A stretch of DNA of 64,000 nt, taken from NCBI GenBank assembly GCA_965262615.1, contig OZ253545.1, positions 756,776 through 820,775 on the forward strand. Reading direction: 5' to 3'. Positions 35,305-44,350 of the stretch are shown here, one piece after another. The notes under the pieces were generated by a model that ran no database searches, was not told the DNA's origin, and saw only the letters and a list, made by a program, of their open reading frames with translations. The DNA comes from Alphaproteobacteria bacterium. Its GTDB lineage: Bacteria; Pseudomonadota; Alphaproteobacteria; GM7ARS4; G965262615. The position numbers and the translations under genes are program-made. How positions within the stretch are numbered: position 1 is the stretch's first letter; each line of letters opens with the position of its first letter.

Positions 35305-35375
35305 AGGCGCGAGTCGGAATCGAACCGGCCTAGACGGATTTGCAGTCCGCTGCATAACCACTCTGCCATCGCGCC
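35305..35375 (-). tRNA. tRNA-Cys (anticodon GCA), CCA not encoded
   Basis: GGCGCGATGGCAGAGTGGTTATGCAGCGGACTGCAAATCCGTCTAGGCCGGTTCGATTCCGACTCGCGCCT closely parallels E. coli tRNA-Cys. The anticodon loop is CTGCAAA. Confidence 0.92.
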
Positions 35376-35387
35376 ACCATCCTTGTT

Positions 35388-36374
35388 TTAGCGTTCATCG
35401 TCTTGTGAGGCAAGAGAGGCATCACGCCATGCCATCATTCGTGCCATGAGATGAGCGCGGTCATCGGCAATCACGCCCGCGCCCTCACACACCGCCGCCA
35501 TGTGATTCACATCGTCACCACAATACAAAACCACATCATGCCCCGCACGGCGCGCCGCGAATGCACGCTCCCCCATATCCATGCCATCCAAAGCTCCCAT
35601 CGCCACATCATCGGTGATGATGATGCCGCCAAAGCCAATCTCTTGACGAATGACCTCACCCACCATTGTGGATGAATAGGTGACGGGCTGGTGACAATCA
35701 AAGGCATCATAGCGAATGTGTGCCGTCATGAGCCAGCCGTGTTCATGATGCGCCAGACTTTTGAAAGGAATCATATCATGGTTTCGCAATTCATCCTTGC
35801 TGGCATCCACAATGGGCAGGTCTTTGTGAGAATCCAGGCGCGCCCGTCCGTGTCCGATGGCGTGTTTCATGACCCACAACAGACCGTGATTATGCGCCGC
35901 CATAATCCATTGCTCCCCCAGTGCACAGACGGTGGCAGGGTCGGAACTAAAGGCACGAGAGCCAATGATGTCATTGGCATAAGTTTGCGGCACATCCAAA
36001 ACCGGCGCCGTGACCATATCAATGCCCACAGCGTGACAGTCGTGAGCGATTGTCTGCACGGTGCGCGCCAGTTTGGTGACGGCATCTTCGCGACCCTCCT
36101 CATAAAGTCGCCCCACATCAGCCGCCGCGGGCAGCTGCTGCCAATGAGGAGGCTTCATTCGCTGCACCTTGCCGCCTTCTTGGTCTATCATGATGAGGGC
36201 ATGAGGCACGCAATCACGCAATTGGGCAATCAACTGACGCAAGCGGTCAGGATCGCGACAGTGGCGTTCAAATAAAATAAAACCACACGGCGGCATTCGG
36301 GTGAAAAGAGCGCGTTCCGATGAAGTGAGATGGTCATCGCGGCAGCTGAGAATCGCCGCTCGCGCACCCTCCAT
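35388..36374 (-). CDS. nagZ: beta-N-acetylhexosaminidase (GH3)
   Basis: IDQEGGKVQR, and the KHAIGHGRARLDSH and IITDDV motifs. ATG 36374 overlaps the SPOR-gene stop by 1 nt. Confidence 0.88.
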   Translation of the reverse strand: MEGARAAILSCRDDHLTSSERALFTRMPPCGFILFERHCRDPDRLRQLIAQLRDCVPHALIMIDQEGGKVQRMKPPHWQQLPAAADVGRLYEEGREDAVTKLARTVQTIAHDCHAVGIDMVTAPVLDVPQTYANDIIGSRAFSSDPATVCALGEQWIMAAHNHGLLWVMKHAIGHGRARLDSHKDLPIVDASKDELRNHDMIPFKSLAHHEHGWLMTAHIRYDAFDCHQPVTYSSTMVGEVIRQEIGFGGIIITDDVAMGALDGMDMGERAFAARRAGHDVVLYCGDDVNHMAAVCEGAGVIADDRAHLMARMMAWRDASLASQDDER

Positions 36375-37348
36375 CACAATGCGCTGGGCTTGATGGGAAC
36401 ACAGCCAAAGCCCGCCGCCTGCAAGCTCACACACAAAATGCGCGCTTTTTCTTCATCATCAAAAGGACCCAAACGCAAACGATAGAGGATGCCACTGCTG
36501 CCATAATTCACAATGTTCACCGCAGGCGATAGGTTTTGCAACAAGGACGGATAGTGAGTTTTCAGACGCAACCACTCATTTTCCAATTGAAACTGATGAC
36601 TAAAAGCTCCCAGCTGCACCTGATAGACATTGTTGGCAAAGGCTGTGCGCTTGAAGTCACGAGGCAGCTCATCATGATGAGGGGTGGTGGGCTGTTTTTC
36701 CTCTGAGGCGGCAGGAGTTTCGGCTTGAGCAACGATGGTGGGTTTTTGCATGGGGGACAGATGGGGAGGCGTAACGGTTGCCACTTTGGCGGGGGTCACA
36801 GAGCCACGAGGTTGTGGGGCAATCGTTGCCGAAGGGACGGCAACACCTTGTGATGATGCAGATGGTGGCGACAGTGAGCCAGAGGGAGTTGGCATTGTTT
36901 GACCGTTGGCTTTGTCCGCCAAAGCGGCGGCTTCATCAAAAGCCGCATCGCGCTGTTCTTTATTGACCATCGCATCTGACGCATCGTCTCGTGGCATCTC
37001 CACACGCACCTCTGAATTTTGTGGCATCACCGTGGGGACCATGTCGTCATTCATCATGATTTCTTGTGGTGACTCACTTTCGTCCCCTGAGAAAAGGTCA
37101 CTGATAAATGACAGCATTGACAAAGTGCCAAAGAGGGCTAACACCAGTAAAACATTGATGACCGCAAAGCCCTTGATGTCGGCTCTGGCAATCCAGTTGC
37201 GCATGGCTTGCATGGGCGTGAGATCTTCATCATCAAATGCAAATTGATTGGTTCTGATGTCTTGAGATTGGGGCCCTTGCGACTGCTGCTGGCGTAACGC
37301 CGCCATGCGATCATTCAAACTGCCGCCACCTGTGGGTGTTTCAGCCAT
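36374..37348 (-). CDS. SPOR-domain protein (membrane-anchored, Pro/Ala/Ser-rich linker)
   Basis: One TM segment (FAVINVLLVLALFGTL) and a C-terminal SPOR-like region (YQVQLGAFSH...LRLGPFDDEEKARILC). AAGGAGA precedes ATG 37348. The argS-SPOR-nagZ order is typical of Alphaproteobacteria. Confidence 0.75.
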   Translation of the reverse strand: MAETPTGGGSLNDRMAALRQQQSQGPQSQDIRTNQFAFDDEDLTPMQAMRNWIARADIKGFAVINVLLVLALFGTLSMLSFISDLFSGDESESPQEIMMNDDMVPTVMPQNSEVRVEMPRDDASDAMVNKEQRDAAFDEAAALADKANGQTMPTPSGSLSPPSASSQGVAVPSATIAPQPRGSVTPAKVATVTPPHLSPMQKPTIVAQAETPAASEEKQPTTPHHDELPRDFKRTAFANNVYQVQLGAFSHQFQLENEWLRLKTHYPSLLQNLSPAVNIVNYGSSGILYRLRLGPFDDEEKARILCVSLQAAGFGCVPIKPSAL

Positions 37349-39059
37349 GATCGTCTCCTTCGTCACTGCGCAGTTCATCTCGGGGTTCAATTCCCAACAG
37401 CTTGAGGCACTGGGCGAGGATATCTTTGGTCAGAGTCACCAGCGCAAGGCGAGCTCGCAGGCGGTTGGGATTGGTATCATCAAGCAGGCGCATCGTTTCA
37501 TCCTCTCTGCCTTTATACCACAGCCGATGAAAATGTTCAGCCAGAGCAGTCACATAATACACCAAGCGATGAGGTTCTCTGTGGTGCACCACGCCAAGAA
37601 CCGTGTCATAAAAGCGTGCCAATTGGCGCATCAAAGCAAGCTCTGCCGATGAGGTCAAGCTGGAAAAATCGGCTGTCTTCATCTGTGTCATATGGGATTT
37701 TTCACCAGCCGCCGCAAGACGCAACACAGAGGCACAGCGAGCATGGGCATAATGAACATAAAAAACAGGATTATCCCGAACCGCCTTGCGAGCCAGGGCG
37801 ATATCAAAGTCCAAAGGGGCATCACTGCGGCGCGTCAGCATCAAAAAGCGCACCGCATCCTTGCCCACCGCTTGCGTCAGCTCGCCGATGCTCATGGTTG
37901 TTCCCTCTCGCTTGGAGAGAACCAGCAGCTCATCGCCTTTTTTCAAACGCACCATTGCCACCAAAATGACCGTTAGAATGTCTGTGCGTCCATGCAGTGT
38001 TGCCAGCGCGCCTTGCAGACGCTTCACATAGCCACTGTGATCACTGCCCCACACATTGATGAGCTGATTGTAGCCGCGAGCTATTTTATCCTCATGATAG
38101 GCAATGTCAGAAGCAAAATAGGTGGGGCTGCCGTCTTCCTTGACGATGGCGCGATCTTGGTCATCGCCGTAGCTGGTGCTGCGAAACAGCAACTGGGGAC
38201 GGCTGTGCCAGTCGGCAGATTCTCTGCCCTTGGGGCGAGCCAGAATGCCTTCATAGACCGCTTCCTTGCCGTCCTTGACGGTGCTTTGGTGCAGGCGCGC
38301 CAGACTGTCATTGACCGCACCTTTGGCGATCATTTCGCGTTCGGAGAAAAAGACATCGTGTGTGATGCCCACCAATGTCAATTCATCGCAAATGAGGCTG
38401 AGCATGGCGCGCACCGCCTCTTTTTTCAGCTCTTCGTCATCATCAATGTCATGTTTTTGTGCGAACTGTTTGACTTCATCGCTGTTGTATAAATCTTTCG
38501 GCGGTTCTTGCTGTTTTTGCTGTTGATGCCAGCGAATGGATTGCAGCAGCACATCAATTTGTCCGCCGGCATCATTGAGGTAGTATTCTTTGGTGACCTC
38601 ATGCCCTGTGAAGGCGAGCACATTGGCAAGCACATCTCCCGTGATGGCGCCGCGCAGATGACCAATGTGCAACAAGCCTGTGGGATTGGCAGACACATAT
38701 TCCACATTCACCTTGCTGCCGCGTCCGATGGTAATGGCGCGCCATGTGGCGTGATGAATCATGTCATGCAGCTGATGCTGCCAGAACTCATGGGTGCAGG
38801 TCATATTGATAAATCCGTTCCCCGCAGCTGAGGCGTGGGCAATGATGGCGTGAGATTCCAATGCGGCAGCTAGAGTCTCGGCGATGGCGCGAGGATTTTG
38901 CTTCACCTGTTTTGCCAGCACAAAGGCAATGTTGCTGGCAACTTCTCCTTGAGTGTCAGGGGGAGGATCCGACAGCGCAATGGCATCGGTGTCCAGAGAA
39001 AATGAGTCAGCAATGGCAGCGCGCAATGCCTCTTTGATGGCGTTTTGATAGGAACTCAT
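37341..39059 (-). CDS. argS: arginine--tRNA ligase
   Basis: The class I HIGH motif (PTGLLHIGHLRG) and the MSTR/KMSK-like loop (SKREGTTMS) are present, and the length is 572 aa. Confidence 0.93.
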   Translation of the reverse strand: MSSYQNAIKEALRAAIADSFSLDTDAIALSDPPPDTQGEVASNIAFVLAKQVKQNPRAIAETLAAALESHAIIAHASAAGNGFINMTCTHEFWQHQLHDMIHHATWRAITIGRGSKVNVEYVSANPTGLLHIGHLRGAITGDVLANVLAFTGHEVTKEYYLNDAGGQIDVLLQSIRWHQQQKQQEPPKDLYNSDEVKQFAQKHDIDDDEELKKEAVRAMLSLICDELTLVGITHDVFFSEREMIAKGAVNDSLARLHQSTVKDGKEAVYEGILARPKGRESADWHSRPQLLFRSTSYGDDQDRAIVKEDGSPTYFASDIAYHEDKIARGYNQLINVWGSDHSGYVKRLQGALATLHGRTDILTVILVAMVRLKKGDELLVLSKREGTTMSIGELTQAVGKDAVRFLMLTRRSDAPLDFDIALARKAVRDNPVFYVHYAHARCASVLRLAAAGEKSHMTQMKTADFSSLTSSAELALMRQLARFYDTVLGVVHHREPHRLVYYVTALAEHFHRLWYKGREDETMRLLDDTNPNRLRARLALVTLTKDILAQCLKLLGIEPRDELRSDEGDDHG

Positions 39060-40165
39060 GAGATGGATGTCTCCATCAATGACCTTGCTAGACGCTCAGT
39101 CATGCCCGCGATGTAGTCACAGATGATTTGTGCACGCGCGTTTTCATCAACTGCTTTCATTCGTCCTTGCCAATGTTCAGGCAATTTTTTATCTCCCTTC
39201 ATATAGAGAGAAAACAAATCGCGAATTAAGTCTTTGCCTTGATTCATTTTGTCCAGGACGGGATTTGATAGATAGACCTTTTTTTTGAGAAAACCTTGCA
39301 ACAGGTCAAGAGACTGCTGTGCCTCAGTAGAGAATTGCACCAGCTGATGGTGCTCGCAGTTGCGAACGGTGGTGTCACAGACATCGCTAATGAGGCGAGC
39401 AATCAGACGGCGAATGGTTTCATGCTGGCGGCGTTTTTGCGGCAGTGAGCCATAGAGGCGGGTGACCTCTTGGATAATATCATCAAGCAGAGGGATGAAG
39501 GTGAGATCATCCAGCTGAAAAAAACCAAAGCGCAGGCTGTCATCAATATCGTGTCCGTTGTAGGCGATGTCATCGGCAGTGGCTGCCAGCTGTGCCTCCA
39601 ATGAGGGTGAAGCTTTGAGGGGCAAGTCATACAGTGTGACATAGTGCATCATGCGGGTGTCATTCTCATCAACGGGATTGTGCTTGGCAATGCCGTCAAT
39701 GGTTTCCCATGAGAGATTGAGTCCGTCAAACGAGGCGTAACGCTGTTCCAAGCTTGCCACGATATGAAGGGATTGGGTGTTGTGATGAAAGCCGCCATAG
39801 GGCACCATCACTTCTTGCAGAGCCTGTTCGCCTGCATGACCAAATGGAGGATGTCCCAAATCATGCGCCAATGCCACCGCTTCGGTCAATGGCACATTGA
39901 GTTCCAGACGCTGCGCCATTGCCGTGCTCACCTGTGCCACCTCCAGCGAATGAGTCAAACGGGTGCGATGGTGATCATTGCCTTCGTGAGGAATGAACAC
40001 TTGCGTCTTATACTGCAAGCGGCGAAAGGCGGAACTGTGAATAATCCGATCGCGATCTCGTTGCCAGCACGAGCGATAGGAATCTTCATCTTCTGCATAG
40101 TGGCGTCCCTTGCTTTGCGTGACGGCAAGATGTTTTAAGGATGATTGATTGGGTACTTGCGTCAT
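39056..40165 (-). CDS. dgt: dGTP triphosphohydrolase-like HD-domain protein
   Basis: FRRLQYKTQVF, HRTRLTHSLEV and AHDLGHPPFGH. Confidence 0.88.
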   Translation of the reverse strand: MTQVPNQSSLKHLAVTQSKGRHYAEDEDSYRSCWQRDRDRIIHSSAFRRLQYKTQVFIPHEGNDHHRTRLTHSLEVAQVSTAMAQRLELNVPLTEAVALAHDLGHPPFGHAGEQALQEVMVPYGGFHHNTQSLHIVASLEQRYASFDGLNLSWETIDGIAKHNPVDENDTRMMHYVTLYDLPLKASPSLEAQLAATADDIAYNGHDIDDSLRFGFFQLDDLTFIPLLDDIIQEVTRLYGSLPQKRRQHETIRRLIARLISDVCDTTVRNCEHHQLVQFSTEAQQSLDLLQGFLKKKVYLSNPVLDKMNQGKDLIRDLFSLYMKGDKKLPEHWQGRMKAVDENARAQIICDYIAGMTERLARSLMETSIS

Positions 40166-40203
40166 CGTGTTTACCTTTTTACATTACATGAAGGCGAAAG
40201 ATA

Positions 40204-40545
40204 ATGAAAGAACCAGCTGTGACATTGACTCATAATGCCATCAAACGCATCACCCATGTGGCTCAGCGTGAGGGTCGTGGTGCGGTGGTGTTGCGGATTA
40301 GTATTGAGGGGGGGGGCTGTCAGGGATTCTCCTACCATTTTGCCTTTGAGGATGCTCCCGCTCAAGACGATTGCGTTTTTGATTACGGCGATGCCCGCCT
40401 CGTCATTGATGAAGTCTCGCTGCCACTGATGCAAGGCGCGGTGGTGGATTTCATTGAAGATCTCATGGGAGCGCGCTTTCATATTGAAAATCCTCAAGCG
40501 TCCTCCTCGTGCGGTTGCGGCACTTCCTTTAGCATTGAGGAATGA
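40204..40545 (+). CDS. erpA: iron-sulfur cluster insertion protein (ErpA/IscA family)
   Basis: GGGCQGFSY and the C-terminal SCGCGTSF motif. Confidence 0.9.
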   Translation: MKEPAVTLTHNAIKRITHVAQREGRGAVVLRISIEGGGCQGFSYHFAFEDAPAQDDCVFDYGDARLVIDEVSLPLMQGAVVDFIEDLMGARFHIENPQASSSCGCGTSFSIEE

Positions 40546-41342
40546 CACAAACCTTCACCATTGCCAGTTGGAATGTCAATTCGGTGCGGATGCGTGCGCC
40601 ATTGGTGGAACGCTGGCTGCGAGACCATGCGGTGGATGTCTTGTTGTTGCAGGAGCTCAAAGCTTTGGAGGAGCAGTGTCCTGTGTCGTTGTTTGAAGAG
40701 GCGGGATACAACAGTGCCATTTTTGGACAAAAAAGCTGGAACGGTGTGGCAATTTTGGCGCGTCAGCCTCTGGAAGATGTGCGCTTGGGATTGCATGATG
40801 ACGGACGCACCCAAGAAGCTCGTTATATTGAAGCGGTGACCCCCTTTGGTGACTCCATGATTCGCGTGGCATCCGTCTATGTGCCCAATGGCAATCCGAT
40901 GGATGGCCCTTCCTTTGCCAAAAAGCGCACCTTCATGGCGGATTTGACTCATCGGTGGCAGCAGCTGGCATCCCTTGAGGAGGTGTGCGTGCTGGCAGGA
41001 GATTACAACATTCTCAATGATGAACGCGACTGCTGGAATGACTTGGAAAAATGGCGCAATGACGCATTGGGAGCAGTGGAAGCACAGCAATGGTATCGTC
41101 AGTTATTGTATGGCGGTTTGACCGATGCCTTGCGCCACTGTCATGACGAGGGAGGCTTGTATAGTTTTTGGAACTACAAGGGAGGCTCGGTGCAGAGCGA
41201 CAGAGGCTTATTGATTGATCGCTTTTTGCTGTCGCCTCAGGCGACCGAGCATCTCAAGGATGTCACCATTGATAAAGACCCTCGCCATGCGGAAAAAGCC
41301 TCTGACCACACGGTGCTGGTGTGTCATTTAGATATGCCTTGA
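40542..41342 (+). CDS. xthA: exodeoxyribonuclease III
   Basis: IASWNVNSVR, LLLQELK, the catalytic DHxP-type C-terminus (SDHTVLV), and a length of 266 aa. Confidence 0.9.
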   Translation: MTQTFTIASWNVNSVRMRAPLVERWLRDHAVDVLLLQELKALEEQCPVSLFEEAGYNSAIFGQKSWNGVAILARQPLEDVRLGLHDDGRTQEARYIEAVTPFGDSMIRVASVYVPNGNPMDGPSFAKKRTFMADLTHRWQQLASLEEVCVLAGDYNILNDERDCWNDLEKWRNDALGAVEAQQWYRQLLYGGLTDALRHCHDEGGLYSFWNYKGGSVQSDRGLLIDRFLLSPQATEHLKDVTIDKDPRHAEKASDHTVLVCHLDMP

Positions 41343-41349
41343 GGATGCT

Positions 41350-42498
41350 TTATATCAGTTTCAGTTTCAATTTCAAATATTCCATGCCGCGATCGCCTTT
41401 GATGCGATTACAATTGCCACAGAGCAATTGAAGGTTTTCAATGTGATCCGTGCCGCCTTTTTTTCGTGCGATGATATGATCCACTTCGAACTGGCGCAAT
41501 TCAAAATGCTCATTGCACCCGGCACAATTGCCAGCTTGTGCGCCATACAGTGTCTTGGCATGGCTGCGAGGCGGCGGCAGTTTTCCCATATCGGTGCGCT
41601 GCGGAATGTCGGTGCGATGAGCTCCTTTATAAAAGATCCCCACTTCCTTTTTCATGCGTTGTTTCACGAGCTCGGCGGCTTTGGGTGATATATCTATGCC
41701 GACCCATTGTCGCTCTTCCAGTTCGGCGGCAATGCAGGCGGTGGCACAGCCACAGAACGGATCAAGCACAAGATCGCCATTATTGCTACTGGCAGTGATG
41801 ATGCGTTTCAGCAAGGCAAGAGGCTTTTGTGTCGGATATCCCGTGCGTTCTTTAGCTTGAGTATTGATAGATGGTATATCCTCCCACCAATCACGAGGCA
41901 GACGACCACTCTCATCATCTTTCCAGCCACTTTTCTCGCCAAAGACCAGAATCTTTTTTTGATTGAAGACAAAATTGGCACTTTTACAATATCTAAAAAT
42001 GATATCATGTTTTCGTTTGAAGTCTCCTTTGGTATTGCTCCCACCCCATTTATAGCACCAAACAATCTCATTCCTAAAATTTTTACGACCGAATATGGCA
42101 TCCATGAGCAATTTGAGGTAGTGGGACATGGTGGGGTCACAGTGCAGATAAATGCTTCCTGTTGGTTTCAATACCCGATGCATCTCCAACAAGCGCGCCG
42201 CCATGTATACGAGATAGGATTTGTCATTGGATGTCATTGTTGCCAGCAATACACGATAGAGGGCTGGATGTTTCGCCTCAATGAGGTTAATCCACTCAAC
42301 ATCAATATCACTGAGAGCCCATGTATCTTTAAATTCCGCGCCCGCCGCCTCCGACCCTATGGGAGCGGCATAGTTGGCATTTGAGTTGAATGGTGGGTCT
42401 AGGTAAATGAGGTCAACGCATTCAGAGTTCATGCCTCGCAGGATGAACAGATTATCGGATGTCCATATGGTTTGGCTGGCGAAATTTGGCTCGTTCAT
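41350..42498 (-). CDS. beta-class N6-adenine/N4-cytosine DNA methyltransferase fused to a C-terminal HNH endonuclease domain
   Basis: Motif [11 protein letters not shown] precedes motif [12 protein letters not shown], the permuted order of the N6_N4_Mtase family. The C-terminus is CAGCNEHF...[31 protein letters not shown]. The ATG overlaps the ilvD stop (ATGA). The sequence is A+T-rich. Confidence 0.8.
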   Translation of the reverse strand: MNEPNFASQTIWTSDNLFILRGMNSECVDLIYLDPPFNSNANYAAPIGSEAAGAEFKDTWALSDIDVEWINLIEAKHPALYRVLLATMTSNDKSYLVYMAARLLEMHRVLKPTGSIYLHCDPTMSHYLKLLMDAIFGRKNFRNEIVWCYKWGGSNTKGDFKRKHDIIFRYCKSANFVFNQKKILVFGEKSGWKDDESGRLPRDWWEDIPSINTQAKERTGYPTQKPLALLKRIITASSNNGDLVLDPFCGCATACIAAELEERQWVGIDISPKAAELVKQRMKKEVGIFYKGAHRTDIPQRTDMGKLPPPRSHAKTLYGAQAGNCAGCNEHFELRQFEVDHIIARKKGGTDHIENLQLLCGNCNRIKGDRGMEYLKLKLKLI

Positions 42499-44330
42499 AG
42501 CAGTTGGCGCACTGCCCCATTGGAAGCCGATGTTGTGAGGGCGGCGTAGGCTTTGAGAGCTTGGCTCACTTTGCGAGGACGGGGTTTGGCGGGTTGCCAG
42601 CCGCCGTCTTTGGAAGCGTCCATTTTTTTGCGCCGTTGCTTGAGTTCTTCATCGCTGATGTCCAGCCGAATGGTGCGCTTGGGTATGTCAATGATGATGG
42701 TGTCGCCTTGTTCCACCAGAGCGAGCGCGCCGCCTTCGGCGGCTTCGGGGGAAATGTGTCCGATGGAAAGACCCGATGTGCCGCCCGAAAAGCGTCCATC
42801 GGTGATGAGGGCGCAGTCCTTGCCCAGATCTTTGGCTTTGAGATAAGAGGTGGGATAGAGCATTTCTTGCATGCCGGGTCCGCCTTTGGGTCCCTCATAG
42901 CGAATGACAAGAACCTCCCCAGCCCGCACATCATCATTCAGGATGGCTTCCACCGCATCCTCTTGGCTTTCAAAAATATGTGCGGGCCCACGAAATGTCA
43001 GCAGTGATTCATCCACGCCAGCGGTTTTGACAATGCAGCCATCGGTAGCAATGTTGCCAGTGAGAACCGCCAGACCGCCATCCTTGCTGTAGGCGTGTTC
43101 AATGGAGCGAATACAGCCAAGGGCGCGATTATCATCAAGACTGTTGTAGTAGGTGTTTTGACTAAATGCCGTCTGCGTGGGCACGCCGCCAGGGGCAGCC
43201 AGATAAAACTGACGCACATCATCGCAGCCATTGGTGATGTCATGGGCGTCCGCCAGCGAGCCGATGGATTGTTCCATGACGGTGGGGCAGTCTTCATGCA
43301 GCAGTTTGGCTTTTTTGAGTTCCCCCAGAACCGCCATGACACCGCCGGCGCGATGAAAATCCTCCATATGAAAATGGGAGCTGGGGGCGATTTTACACAC
43401 ATTGGGAATTGTGCGTGACAGGCGGTCAATGTCGTTCATGCCAAATGAAATGTCACCCTCCCGTGCGGCAGCCAGCAGATGCAGCACCGTGTTGGTAGAG
43501 CCCCCCATAGCGATATCCACCGCCATGGCGTTTTCAAAAGAAGGGAAGGCGGCAATGCGGCGCGGCAGGACAGAATCATCATCGTGTTCATAGTAGCGTT
43601 TGGTGAGAGCCACGATGCGCCGCCCTGCGTCCTTGAACAATTGCCCTCGCTTGTGATGGGTGGCGAGCAGACTGCCATTGCCGGGCTGCGCCAATCCGAT
43701 GGCTTCGGTCAGACAATTCATGGAATTGGCGGTGAACATGCCGGAACACGAACCACATGTGGGACACGCACTGCGCTCATACCGCAGTGATTCATCATCA
43801 CTGACATTGGGATTGGCACTCTGAACCATGGCATCAATGAGGTCAATGCTGCGCTCCTTGCCATTGGTTTCAATTTTGCCGGCTTCCATGGGACCGCCCG
43901 AGACAAAAATGGTGGGAATGTTGAGCCGCATCGCCGCCATCAGCATGCCGGGGGTGATTTTGTCACAATTGGAGATGCACACCAGTCCATCGGCACAGTG
44001 GGCATTTGCCATGAATTCCACCGCATCGGCGATAATTTCGCGCGAAGGGAGAGAATACAGCATACCGTCATGCCCCATGGCAATGCCGTCATCCACGGCG
44101 ATGGTGTTGAATTCTCGCCCGATGCCGCCCGCCTCATAGATGGCATCCGCCACCAAGCCGCCCAAGTCTTTGAGATGCACATGCCCGGGCACAAATTGCG
44201 TAAAACTATTGGCGATGGCGATGATGGGCTTGCCGAAATCATCATCGCTCATGCCGGTGGCGCGCCACAATCCTCGCGCGCCTGCCATGGTGCGTCCGTG
44301 GGTTGAGGTGCGTGAGCGATAGACTCCCAT
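42495..44330 (-). CDS. ilvD: dihydroxy-acid dehydratase
   Basis: [24 protein letters not shown] parallels E. coli [35 protein letters not shown] is also present, along with the C-terminal TDGRFSGGT. An upstream in-frame ATG at 44348 is an alternative start. Confidence 0.95.
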   Translation of the reverse strand: MGVYRSRTSTHGRTMAGARGLWRATGMSDDDFGKPIIAIANSFTQFVPGHVHLKDLGGLVADAIYEAGGIGREFNTIAVDDGIAMGHDGMLYSLPSREIIADAVEFMANAHCADGLVCISNCDKITPGMLMAAMRLNIPTIFVSGGPMEAGKIETNGKERSIDLIDAMVQSANPNVSDDESLRYERSACPTCGSCSGMFTANSMNCLTEAIGLAQPGNGSLLATHHKRGQLFKDAGRRIVALTKRYYEHDDDSVLPRRIAAFPSFENAMAVDIAMGGSTNTVLHLLAAAREGDISFGMNDIDRLSRTIPNVCKIAPSSHFHMEDFHRAGGVMAVLGELKKAKLLHEDCPTVMEQSIGSLADAHDITNGCDDVRQFYLAAPGGVPTQTAFSQNTYYNSLDDNRALGCIRSIEHAYSKDGGLAVLTGNIATDGCIVKTAGVDESLLTFRGPAHIFESQEDAVEAILNDDVRAGEVLVIRYEGPKGGPGMQEMLYPTSYLKAKDLGKDCALITDGRFSGGTSGLSIGHISPEAAEGGALALVEQGDTIIIDIPKRTIRLDISDEELKQRRKKMDASKDGGWQPAKPRPRKVSQALKAYAALTTSASNGAVRQLL

Positions 44331-44350
44331 GACTAATGATTGTTGCAATC

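Noticed and set aside
39056-40165. dGTPase as an anti-phage nucleotide-depletion gene
   Set aside because: It has backbone composition and overlaps the argS start. It sits in the conserved dgt-argS / erpA-xthA neighbourhood, so it is most simply the housekeeping Dgt-like protein.
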